Positions 51,883-60,620 of a stretch of DNA of 64,000 nucleotides are shown piece after piece. The stretch covers positions 448,704 through 512,703 of the forward strand of contig OY787449.1 in NCBI GenBank assembly GCA_963678785.1. The letters are read 5' to 3'. The notes below the pieces were generated by a model. That model made no database searches. It was given only the letters and a program-made list of their open reading frames with translations, and was not told the DNA's origin. The translations under genes and the position numbers were made by a program. Numbering within the stretch: the first letter of the stretch is position 1; the number at the start of each line of letters is the position of its first letter. This DNA is from Bacteroidales bacterium (GTDB lineage: Bacteria > Bacteroidota > Bacteroidia > Bacteroidales > GCA-2711565).

Positions 51883-52919
51883 CCCGCTACGGTTTGTTGT
51901 TCTGACAATTTCATGACCAGACTTTTGCGATATTTTTTAGCTCGTCTTAGATGGGTTTTGGCTTTAGCCGAAGGATTTTCCTTAAACATTTTCAGCTCAG
52001 TTTTACAATCAACCGAGCAGCAATCCTCATATTTCTTGGCACATTCGGGGCATTGCAAAAAGAGTAGATGGCAACTGTCGTTGGCACAATTTTTATGGGT
52101 ATCGAAAGGCGTTCCACATTGATGACAGCTCGAAATAATTTGTCCATCGATGCTTTCGCCCATTCGGGCATCAAACACAAAATTTTTACCGATAAATTTA
52201 GAATCCAAACCTGCTACTTTTATTTGACGGGCATATTCGAGTACGCCGCCATGCAATTGATTCACATCCTCAAAACCATGATGCTTTAAATAAGCGCTGG
52301 CTTTTTCGCAACGAATACCGCCCGTGCAATAAAGCAAAACCTTTTCATCTTTTTTGTCTTTCAACAAATCAACCACCATCTCCAGCTCATCCCTGAAGGT
52401 ATCGGCCTGTGGACAAATGGCGCCCTCAAAACGGCCAATTTCACTTTCGTATAAATTGCGCATATCTACCACTACCGTATCGTCTTTTTGCATCTGACGG
52501 TGAAACTCCAGTCCGCTCAGGTGATTGCCTACATTGGTCACATCAAAAGCTCCTTCGTCCAAACCATCGGCTACCAATTTGGGGCGGACTTTAATGGTGA
52601 GTTTATAAAATGATTTTCCATCATCTTCCACGGCAAACTTAATCGGGATGTCTTTTAAAATTTCAAATTGTTGGAGGCTGTCAAGAAACTTATCGAACTC
52701 GTGCTCAGGCACACTCATTTGGGCATTGATGCCTTCGCGGGCCACATATATGCGCCCAAAACAATTTAATTTAAACCATGCTTTGTAAATTTCATCCCGA
52801 AAAACCTGAGGTTCGTTTAAATAGAAGTAGCGGTAAAACGAAATCGTTTTTCGTTTAAAATCTTCTTTCATCAACTTCTTTTTCAGCTCCTCCCGATTTA
52901 CCTTATTGTATAATTGCAT
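51879..52919 (-). CDS. trhO: rhodanese-domain tRNA uridine(34) hydroxylase (UPF0176/YceA family)
   Basis: It has ISFYRYF, the rhodanese active-site loop YCTGGIRCEKA, and a C-terminal Cys-rich tail. I moved the start from 53039 to ATG 52919 (MQLYNKVNREELKK). Confidence 0.85.
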   Translation of the reverse strand: MQLYNKVNREELKKKLMKEDFKRKTISFYRYFYLNEPQVFRDEIYKAWFKLNCFGRIYVAREGINAQMSVPEHEFDKFLDSLQQFEILKDIPIKFAVEDDGKSFYKLTIKVRPKLVADGLDEGAFDVTNVGNHLSGLEFHRQMQKDDTVVVDMRNLYESEIGRFEGAICPQADTFRDELEMVVDLLKDKKDEKVLLYCTGGIRCEKASAYLKHHGFEDVNQLHGGVLEYARQIKVAGLDSKFIGKNFVFDARMGESIDGQIISSCHQCGTPFDTHKNCANDSCHLLFLQCPECAKKYEDCCSVDCKTELKMFKENPSAKAKTHLRRAKKYRKSLVMKLSEQQTVAG

Positions 52920-52950
52920 CTTATTTAAATTAATTCTTAATAGCGAGTGC

Positions 52951-53085
52951 AAATATAAATGTTTATTACAAACCTGCAAGTGTGCTTTATCTAAGGCCAT
53001 AAAGCAAACAACACATCTAATTTTCTTGTATATTAGCAATTGAAATTTGTGCCGCCTGCCCGCAGTTGTTGATTAAAGAATTTTA
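52951..53085 (+). repeat. 135-bp direct repeat, copy A (left boundary of islet; trhO upstream region)
   Basis: It aligns collinearly with 55746..55880, with about four-fifths of positions identical and two 1-nt indels (hand alignment). Long exact blocks include GGCCATAAAGCAAA and TTGTATATTAGCA. Confidence 0.75.
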
Positions 53086-53097
53086 GTTCCCCCTTTT

Positions 53098-53188
53098 GTT
53101 AAGAATCAATTCAATTTTAAAAGATTGATAAAAGATAGAATCCATAAAAACCTGCGCCCTATTCCTGATATGGAGGTTATGGTGCAAG
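53098..53188 (+). repeat. degenerate attC-like repeat, copy E5
   Basis: The right end CTATTCctgataTGGAGGTTATGGTGCAAG closely parallels the E2 right end CTATTCttatacGTGGCCGTTATGTGCAAC. The left arm (GATAAAAGATAGAATCC) is weak. Confidence 0.4.
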
Positions 53189-53331
53189 AATGGTGTACAT
53201 ATAAACGAGTTACCCACAAGCAAAAAAATGAGACAGAATGAAAAAGTTGGTACAAGAAAATAAGGAGACATTATTTAAGTGAGATTATTTTAATTAACAG
53301 AAAGTGTGAATTAAATTTGGTGATTTAACAA

Positions 53332-53664
53332 ATGGATATTACTTTTGCAAATAGAAAGTTAGAAAAGTACGGTAATAATTTTACCCTTGCACAAAGGAAA
53401 CTTGGCAATGATAGAGCAACAAAGTATCATCAAAGATTGGGCGATATGAGAGACATTGACAGTTTTGCCGAATTAGAAGCCTTACCTGGTAACTTTCATC
53501 CTTTGACTGCCAACAGAAATGGTCAATGGGCTTGTGACTTAGACCAGCCTTACAGACTTGTTTTTGAACCTGCTATTAAACCAGTTCCTTGCAATGAGCA
53601 TGGAACACCTATTTTGTCTGAAATGAAAGTAGTTGATATAATTGAAATAGTTGACTACCATTAA
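53332..53664 (+). CDS. higB: HigB-type (RelE/ParE superfamily, plasmid-maintenance killer) toxin
   Basis: 110 aa with LPGNFHPLTANRNGQWACDLDQPYRLVFE and the C-terminal VDYH typical of HigB_toxin. The toxin lies upstream of the antitoxin, as in higBA. Confidence 0.7.
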   Translation: MDITFANRKLEKYGNNFTLAQRKLGNDRATKYHQRLGDMRDIDSFAELEALPGNFHPLTANRNGQWACDLDQPYRLVFEPAIKPVPCNEHGTPILSEMKVVDIIEIVDYH

Positions 53665-53676
53665 AACACTTTTATT

Positions 53677-54771
53677 ATGCTTGCAAATCAATATAAACCA
53701 GACGTTGTTTTCCACCCTGCTACTACCTTAAACGAGAAGCTAGGCGAGATGGGAATGAGCATAAAAGAGTTTGCTCTTAGAACTGGAAAACCGGAACAAA
53801 CCATTATTGCTGTACTAAAAGAGGAAAGGTCGTTAACACCTGAAATGGCTATTCTATTTGAAAACGTTACTCAAATTCCTGCAAAATTCTGGATTAACAA
53901 ACAAGCAAGGTATAACGAATACGTAGCACGAAAAAAGCAGGGAGAAGCAATTAATGAAGCCATTGAATGGGCAAAGGAGTTTCCTTATCCACAAATGGCA
54001 AAATACAATTGGGTGCCGCCTACCCGAAGAATTGAAGAGAAAACCATAAATATGCTTAACTATTTTGGTGTTGCTTCGCATCATTCTTGGGAAGGTCTTT
54101 ATGTAGAAACCGATTTAAAAGTGGCGGCTTATACTTCTCTTAAACAAACGCATGAGCCACATGCCATTTCTGCATGGCTACGACAAGGCGAATTGCAAGC
54201 CAAACAAATTGATGCCCCCGAATATGATGCTAAAAAACTAAAACGTAATATTCCGAATATGCGAAAATTAATGGTTGAGCAACCTGTTGATTTTTTCGAG
54301 CAACTTCAAAACTTGTGTCTTGAGACAGGAATAGTTCTGTTATTCACCCCCAAATTACCTAAGGTGCCATTAAGTGGTTCAACCCGTTGGTTAAACAACA
54401 AACCATTAATTCAACTTACTGCACGCTATAAAAAGAATGATAGTTTTTGGTTTACTTTTTTTCATGAACTCGGACATATATTATTACACGGTAAAAAATA
54501 TATTTCTCTTGAAAATGTTGACTTTGAGGCTGCAGATCCTGTAAAAGAAGAAGAAGCCCACCAATTTGCCATTAAGCATACATTTACACAAGAACAAGAG
54601 AAAGAAGTACTGGAAAACGAAATTATAACCGAACAGGATATTATTGAATATGCTGAAAAATTCAATACACACCCTGCTATGATAATAGGACGATTGCAAT
54701 ATGATGGTCATATTCCCTACAATATAGGAAGACAATTTATGGAACCTATCGACTTAAACCCTGAGAACTAA
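53677..54771 (+). CDS. HigA-like XRE HTH fused to an ImmA/IrrE (M78, COG2856) zinc metallopeptidase domain
   Basis: 364 aa with an N-terminal HTH (MSIKEFALRTGKPEQTIIAVLKEERSLTPEMAILFENV) and a C-terminal HExxH (FFHELGHILLH). Confidence 0.75.
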   Translation: MLANQYKPDVVFHPATTLNEKLGEMGMSIKEFALRTGKPEQTIIAVLKEERSLTPEMAILFENVTQIPAKFWINKQARYNEYVARKKQGEAINEAIEWAKEFPYPQMAKYNWVPPTRRIEEKTINMLNYFGVASHHSWEGLYVETDLKVAAYTSLKQTHEPHAISAWLRQGELQAKQIDAPEYDAKKLKRNIPNMRKLMVEQPVDFFEQLQNLCLETGIVLLFTPKLPKVPLSGSTRWLNNKPLIQLTARYKKNDSFWFTFFHELGHILLHGKKYISLENVDFEAADPVKEEEAHQFAIKHTFTQEQEKEVLENEIITEQDIIEYAEKFNTHPAMIIGRLQYDGHIPYNIGRQFMEPIDLNPEN

Positions 54772-54876
54772 TTTGAGGATGACTTAATTGTAAGCATACC
54801 CGAATGACAAAAAAGAAGCAATGAAAGTCGAAGTGAATTTGAAACATAAAATGACTGAAAACAGAGAATGCCAGTG

Positions 54877-55010
54877 GGTAACAAAGTATAAAAATAATAG
54901 CCGAGATAGTAGTAAGTTCAAGTGTTGTAGCCCGCTTCAACTTTCTTGTAATTTGACAGGAAAGTGCCACGCAAATGCGCTACGCCACTTACAATTTATC
55001 GTTGTGCGGC
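54877..55010 (+). repeat. attC-like structured repeat, copy E3
   Basis: GGTAAC-aaa-GTATAAAAATAATAGC and the centre are 87/96 identical to E1. The right arm has diverged (GCGCTACGCCACTTACA...) and ends in CGTTGTGCGG. Confidence 0.7.
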
Positions 55011-55083
55011 AGCTTAATAAAGCCAGCAAAACAATTAAAATGAGCCTGGAAAGCTTAAAACCTCATTAAACCCCTTAAAGCAC

Positions 55084-55656
55084 ATGAAGGTGATTCAAAA
55101 ATTACTCCATATTGTTTTTTCATCTTTCTTAGTCTGGCAAACAATTATGTTGATTGAAAGACTGATAAATAACCCACCAACGGAATTTTTAAGCAGCTTA
55201 CAAGAAGCTGTGTTCGTGAATTTATTCGTAACAGGTATTTTTACCATTGTTTATTCCTTTCCGGTATATAAAATATTACCAACAGCTTACTATCAAATTA
55301 AAAAATCAGAAAGACTAAAATCCATTTTAAAAACCATTCGTATTGATTTATTCAAAAAACTATTAACCGCTACCATTTGGAAGAAGAATCAAAATAAAAA
55401 GTATTTCTTCACGGGCTCCAGAAACGGATTTGATCATCTTGAAATTGCGACGATGAAAAGTGAATTTGGTCATTTTGCCGGGTTCTGCATCGTGATGACT
55501 TTAACAATATTTATCGGAATAAGGACCAATTACATCATCGCTATCATGATTTTAATCGTCAATATAATTTTTAATTTTTATCCATTGATGTTACAAAGAT
55601 CTCACAGACTAAGATTGAATGAAATAAAGCATCGACCGGGCAAAAAATTGGGTTGA
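55084..55656 (+). CDS. small polytopic membrane protein, weakly CrtO-like (glycosyl-diaponeurosporenoate acyltransferase family)
   Basis: 190 aa with 4 predicted TM segments. The C-terminal NFYPLMLQRSHRLRL resembles the N.PII.QRYNRPRL motif of that family, recalled from memory only. Confidence 0.35.
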   Translation: MKVIQKLLHIVFSSFLVWQTIMLIERLINNPPTEFLSSLQEAVFVNLFVTGIFTIVYSFPVYKILPTAYYQIKKSERLKSILKTIRIDLFKKLLTATIWKKNQNKKYFFTGSRNGFDHLEIATMKSEFGHFAGFCIVMTLTIFIGIRTNYIIAIMILIVNIIFNFYPLMLQRSHRLRLNEIKHRPGKKLG

Positions 55657-55745
55657 TTACAAACATTGAAAAAAGGATAAAAGCCGATTGCACAACCAAA
55701 ACCTGTAACAGAGCTTGTGATTCGATTCATCATGGCATTGGGATG

Positions 55746-55880
55746 AAATATAAATAATTGTTGTGAACCTGCTAGCAAAGTTATTTACGGCCATAAAGCA
55801 AATAACATATCTGATTTTATTGTATATTAGCATATGAAATTCATGCCGTCTGCCTGAAGTTGTTATTGAAGAATTTCATA
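55746..55880 (+). repeat. 135-bp direct repeat, copy B (right boundary of islet)
   Basis: See copy A. This is an orphan duplicate of the trhO upstream sequence, and no gene reads out of it on the minus strand. Confidence 0.75.
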
Positions 55881-56056
55881 CTCCCAACCACATTTAAGAT
55901 AGATTCGATTTATACAATCGACTTGACATTTAAACAATTAAGAGTCGTTAAATGCACTATCATTTATGTGTTTTTGTGTGAGAATATAGTTAGAAGCTTT
56001 CACCTGATTGTAAAAGCTTGAAACATCATTTTAAGCTAATAAATCGTTATAGAAAT

Positions 56057-57058
56057 ATGGAAATTAAGAGAGGAAAATTATTGAATTCTTTAATAGGGTC
56101 AATTGTGTTCATGGCTATGCTTTTTTTGACTGCATGTAGTAAAGAAAAGAATGAAAACCCTTCAAAAACAATTGATTATAGTCTAGCTTCGAATTGGGCA
56201 TCGCTGCCAACTTCCATTGATAAAACGGTGGATGTTTTTTATGCTTATCCTACTATTTACTTTGATTCAGACCCACAAAACATGGATATCAATGAAGAGC
56301 AAAACCGTCAAGCTGTGATTGACAAGATGAATTCTCAAATGGGATTATATGCTCCTTATGCAAATATTTACACGCCATTTTACCGACAAATGTATCGCGA
56401 TGGTTTTAATGATTTGCCCGTTGACGAGGCCATTCTTTTATTAAATACAGCTTATGAAGATATAGCCAATGCTTTCAAATATTATATGGACAATCTGAAT
56501 AATGGACGACCGTTTATACTTATGGGACACAGTCAGGGTGCAGGAATAATGATCGATCTTCTTCGTAAAGAATTTGACAATGATTCCTATAAAAATAAAA
56601 TGATTGCGGCCTATACAACCGGAGTTTCTATTATGCCCCAAGATACCATTGATTATCCCTGGATAAAAATCGCAAAATCGTCAACAGACCTTGGGGTTGT
56701 TATTACATATAATACTTTAGATTCTGAACACGATCAATCATCTTCTTTCCAAGCCGGCACCTTATGTGTCAATCCCATTTTGTGGACAACAGATACGACC
56801 TATGCCCCAAAATCGAAAAATCTTGGTGCTGTTTGGACAGATAATGAAGGCAACATCAGTAAAGAAATACTGAATTTTACAGATTGTTATATCCGAGCTG
56901 ATGGTGCACTGGCTGTGACCATTCCAAATCCGGATGAATATTACGACGAAGACAGGCAACCTTATGGTGGCTATCACGACTATGATCAAATTTTCTTTTA
57001 TAGAAATTTACAGCAAAATATTGCGGATCGAATAGATGCCTATTTTAATAAAAATTAA
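56057..57058 (+). CDS. DUF3089-like alpha/beta hydrolase lipoprotein
   Basis: It has a lipobox (LTAC) and the nucleophile elbow GHSQGA. I moved the start from TTG 56018 to ATG 56057. Confidence 0.6.
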   Translation: MEIKRGKLLNSLIGSIVFMAMLFLTACSKEKNENPSKTIDYSLASNWASLPTSIDKTVDVFYAYPTIYFDSDPQNMDINEEQNRQAVIDKMNSQMGLYAPYANIYTPFYRQMYRDGFNDLPVDEAILLLNTAYEDIANAFKYYMDNLNNGRPFILMGHSQGAGIMIDLLRKEFDNDSYKNKMIAAYTTGVSIMPQDTIDYPWIKIAKSSTDLGVVITYNTLDSEHDQSSSFQAGTLCVNPILWTTDTTYAPKSKNLGAVWTDNEGNISKEILNFTDCYIRADGALAVTIPNPDEYYDEDRQPYGGYHDYDQIFFYRNLQQNIADRIDAYFNKN

Positions 57059-57213
57059 ATTATAAAAGCTAAAGTGACTATGCATGCGAAAAAGAACTTC
57101 AGCTTTTTTTAAGGGCTATTTCTTAAAGTGTGCAGCAAAATGATAAAAAGTATTTTAAATACCCAAAGTTTTATTCACCAACCATTAATCTTAACTTCAA
57201 GCCTTACTAGCAT

Positions 57214-59481
57214 ATGAAAAAAACAATATTGACCGTATTAATTTTGGCCTTCTCTGTGGTGGTCATAGCACACGATTATAAATTAGATCAACTCAAAATC
57301 ATTTCAAAAATATGGGGAGAGACCTATTTATTTCATCCCTCCATCATTCGATCTGATAAAAACATTGAATGGGAAAAGCAATTGGTTGATTTCCTGCCCA
57401 AGATGAAGGGTAACTTAAATCATGGTGACTTTGTTGAACTTATCAATTCTGATTTATTATCAACATTGGAAGATCCCTTTACTTTGGTGCAGAGTTGCGA
57501 AGAAAGGCAAACAAAATCAGTCGATTTGAAGTCTTCAGATGCTTTTGATTATATAAGAATCACCGAAGAACAACTCTCAGATATTGGAAGCTTAAATGAT
57601 CTGAGTTCAATCATTACTGATAGAAACCCGAATAAAGCACTGCTGGTAGATCTCAGAATAAACAAAGAACTTGAAATCGACCGGCATTCAAACACCTTAT
57701 TTGAATATTTTGCTTCCATGCTCATTCATGATGAAATCCCCGTGAGTACATCAATAATGAGAGAACATTATGGTTGGGATGAATACAATGATTGGTGGTT
57801 TTATGAGCAAAGATGGAAGCTGGCGACCCCTGACAAACAAATGAAGAACAGTGGAAAATTGATGCCACTAAAATCCTATTCACAGGAACTGTCTTCTTAT
57901 TTACCCCAAAATAATTTCAACAATTTTAAAGCCATTGAGCGCCCCATCTTTTTCATAACAAATAACAGCTTTCGTTCGTATTATAATTCAGAACTCCTTT
58001 CTTTGCAAACGAATCGAGCAAATACCTTTCTGATCAATGAGGATTCCGGGAAAATTTATTCCAACCAATCAAATCTAAAAAAATATCATTTTAAGGATTT
58101 CGAATTTGTTTTAAACACCGCTTTTAATCTCAATCATGGGCACAGTGATTTAAAATTTGCAGTCAATACAACTTCCTTAAATTTAAATAAAGTCGTTGAA
58201 TTGATCAATTCAAATCAATCCAATCAAATTACACCAAAAGACTTTTCATTCAATATTTCTCCTAAAAAATATCAATCTCAAAATAAATCATTGTCAGAGG
58301 AAGAAAAGATACTTGGCGTGATTAAAATCTGGACCATTGTTAAATATTTTTATCCACATCCCGAACTCATCTCAATGGATTGGGAAAATTCTTTAGGCAA
58401 ATTCCTGCAACTTGCACAAAACTCCTCTTCTGATAAAGAATACTACACCAACATTCAGGAAATAATGGCAAAGCTGAATGATTCACACGTATCGACTTTC
58501 CACTCCTCAATTCTCGATTTTTCCAAGATATTTGTTGCACCTGTTCAATTTGACTGGATTGAAAACAAAGTTATTATTACCGCAATTGACAGCTCGGTAA
58601 CTGCAAATATTAAAGTTGGTGATGAAATCACAGCAATCGATGATTTAATGATTGATGAGCTATTGGATAAAAATGCTAAAAAGATTTCTTCGAGTAATCG
58701 TCAGGGGCTTTTATCAACCGTAATTAATCCGGGATATTTCATCGGAGCATCCGGCAGCAATATTAAGTTTGATGTTAAAAGCAGGGGCCAACAGAAAATA
58801 GTTGAAATACCAAGATCGATGTACGTTTTTCAATTTATGGGATTTGGTGATAAGCGATCATCGAGCACAATTCTTGAAAACAAAATTGGCTACCTCAATT
58901 TGTCAACCCTGACCCAGACCAAGGATTTAGAAAACGAATTGCTTAAAATGGAAAACACCCGCGCCTTGATCATTGATTTACGCAGTTCTTATCCAACTGC
59001 CGATTATCAAAAGTTTTTGCAAATGCTTTGCCAAACAGAAGTTACAACAAGAAAAAGTGAAGTTCCCATCATTTCTGCATCAAAAGCTAAGGTTTGGCAG
59101 TATGAAGAAAACAGCATAAGTCCTGACCCTTCATTTTCATACAACAAACCCATTGCAGTCTTAATTGACAAAACCATGATTAGTCGTCCGGAAGATATTG
59201 CCATCGCTTTAAAATCTTTTCCTAATGTTCGTTTTGTAGGAGAACAAACCCAGGGAACAGATGGAGAAATGACGAAGATACACCTACCGGGAGGAGGAGA
59301 AACATCATTTACAGGACAGATTGTAAAATTTGGAAATGGCAATAAATTCCAAGGTATTGGAATCGTTCCGGACATTAAGGTAGAACGAACGATAGAAGGA
59401 CTAAAGAAAAATAAAGACGAGATCCTTGAAAAAGCCCTGGAAGAATTGAAAAAAACCAATCAAAATGTATGGGAAAAATAA
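57214..59481 (+). CDS. S41-family (tail-specific/C-terminal processing-like) peptidase with PDZ domain
   Basis: 755 aa with a signal peptide, a PDZ-like segment (IKVGDEITAIDD) and the S41 core (ALIIDLRSSYP ... ISRPEDIAIALK ... GIGIVPD). Confidence 0.7.
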   Translation: MKKTILTVLILAFSVVVIAHDYKLDQLKIISKIWGETYLFHPSIIRSDKNIEWEKQLVDFLPKMKGNLNHGDFVELINSDLLSTLEDPFTLVQSCEERQTKSVDLKSSDAFDYIRITEEQLSDIGSLNDLSSIITDRNPNKALLVDLRINKELEIDRHSNTLFEYFASMLIHDEIPVSTSIMREHYGWDEYNDWWFYEQRWKLATPDKQMKNSGKLMPLKSYSQELSSYLPQNNFNNFKAIERPIFFITNNSFRSYYNSELLSLQTNRANTFLINEDSGKIYSNQSNLKKYHFKDFEFVLNTAFNLNHGHSDLKFAVNTTSLNLNKVVELINSNQSNQITPKDFSFNISPKKYQSQNKSLSEEEKILGVIKIWTIVKYFYPHPELISMDWENSLGKFLQLAQNSSSDKEYYTNIQEIMAKLNDSHVSTFHSSILDFSKIFVAPVQFDWIENKVIITAIDSSVTANIKVGDEITAIDDLMIDELLDKNAKKISSSNRQGLLSTVINPGYFIGASGSNIKFDVKSRGQQKIVEIPRSMYVFQFMGFGDKRSSSTILENKIGYLNLSTLTQTKDLENELLKMENTRALIIDLRSSYPTADYQKFLQMLCQTEVTTRKSEVPIISASKAKVWQYEENSISPDPSFSYNKPIAVLIDKTMISRPEDIAIALKSFPNVRFVGEQTQGTDGEMTKIHLPGGGETSFTGQIVKFGNGNKFQGIGIVPDIKVERTIEGLKKNKDEILEKALEELKKTNQNVWEK

Positions 59482-59606
59482 AGGAAGAAAAAAATAAATA
59501 AAAAATTACAATCATCTAATTTAGGCAGATGCTTCATTCAGTTTTGCTTAATAACATTGAATGATTAATTTAGTAAAATCAATGAATAAAGAAACAAAAA
59601 AATAAG

Positions 59607-60200
59607 ATGAAAAAACTTTTGAAAACAATATTTGCTTGTATTCTGATTTCGGGCAGCATCAATGCGCAGAGCAATCTATTCAACGGAAAAAATTTAGATG
59701 GCTGGAAAATATATGGGACTGAAAAGTGGTATGTGGAAGATGGTTTGCTTGTTTGTGAAAGCGGTGATGATAAAGAATATGGATATCTGGGCACCGAAAA
59801 AAACTACAAAGATTTTATACTCACCCTAGAATTTAAACAAGATAAAAATGGCAACAGCGGGGTATTTATTCGTTCAACCGTTAATGGCACAAGGGTTAGT
59901 GGCTGGCAGGTGGAAGTTGCGCCCATGGGCCTGCATACAGGCGGAGTTTATGAATCATACGGACGCGGCTGGTTGATTAAACCGGATCCTGAAAAAGAAA
60001 AGGTTTTAAAAGAGGGTGAATGGAATAAAATGAAAATAAAGGTTAAAGGTAAAAAATTGACTTCATGGTTAAATGACACCCAAATGATATATATCGAAGA
60101 TGAAAAAATTGGTGAAGGCGTTGGTGGAATTGTTTTGCAAATTCACAGCGGTGGAGATGTGAGGGTAAGCTGGAGAAACATTAAAGTTGAGGAACTTTAA
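59607..60200 (+). CDS. DUF1080 (3-keto-disaccharide hydrolase-like) secreted protein
   Basis: 197 aa with LFNGKNLDGWK, NSGVFIR and a C-terminal FRNI-like WRNIKV. Confidence 0.75.
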   Translation: MKKLLKTIFACILISGSINAQSNLFNGKNLDGWKIYGTEKWYVEDGLLVCESGDDKEYGYLGTEKNYKDFILTLEFKQDKNGNSGVFIRSTVNGTRVSGWQVEVAPMGLHTGGVYESYGRGWLIKPDPEKEKVLKEGEWNKMKIKVKGKKLTSWLNDTQMIYIEDEKIGEGVGGIVLQIHSGGDVRVSWRNIKVEEL

Positions 60201-60210
60201 AAACATCCAG

Positions 60211-60567
60211 GTGATAAAAAAAACAGGCCAATTAATCGCGGATTATCCGGAATATATTTTAATAGCACTGGTGAGTTTTTATTGGGCTTCAACACTTTTA
60301 ATAAATCCCATCGCCATCGGCTTATTTTTCATCTTAATTCTTCAGATTATCTTTAAAAACAGAATCTCCGGTCTTATGATTGGAAGCTTATTTGTCTTTA
60401 TTAATCTATTTTTGGTCTTAGCCATTGGGTCTGAATTGTTTGAATTTCCGGAGTTTAATATGAATGCCAAGAAACTGCTGATTTATGGATTTTTAATATT
60501 GGTAATATGCTCGATGGCCACAGGATTAATGCTTTACAAACATCTTCTGAATGAAAGAAAAGACTGA
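60211..60567 (+). CDS. hypothetical small membrane protein
   Basis: It has three hydrophobic segments. Only TTG 60187 or GTG 60211 starts are available, so the start is uncertain. Confidence 0.35.
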   Translation: MIKKTGQLIADYPEYILIALVSFYWASTLLINPIAIGLFFILILQIIFKNRISGLMIGSLFVFINLFLVLAIGSELFEFPEFNMNAKKLLIYGFLILVICSMATGLMLYKHLLNERKD

Positions 60568-60620
60568 TAAAGTTGGACAATAATTGAATCAAAAACCCAT
60601 AAACCTTAAAATTTCAAAAA

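Noticed and set aside
52920-53039. N-terminal extensions of track ORFs (51879..53039, 129..287, 45703..45789, 56018..56056, 14986..15012, 14708..14716).
   Set aside because: The extensions run through intergenic or repeat sequence or overlap the upstream gene. Internal ATGs give the canonical family N-termini.
54821-55069. An 82-aa ORF lies across repeat E3. The comparable antisense ORF 1961..2326 lies across repeat E1 and parD.
   Set aside because: Their peptides are translations of the conserved repeat (e.g. ...KFKCCSPLQLSCNLTGKCHA). They have no start context or domain, and they overlap better-supported features.
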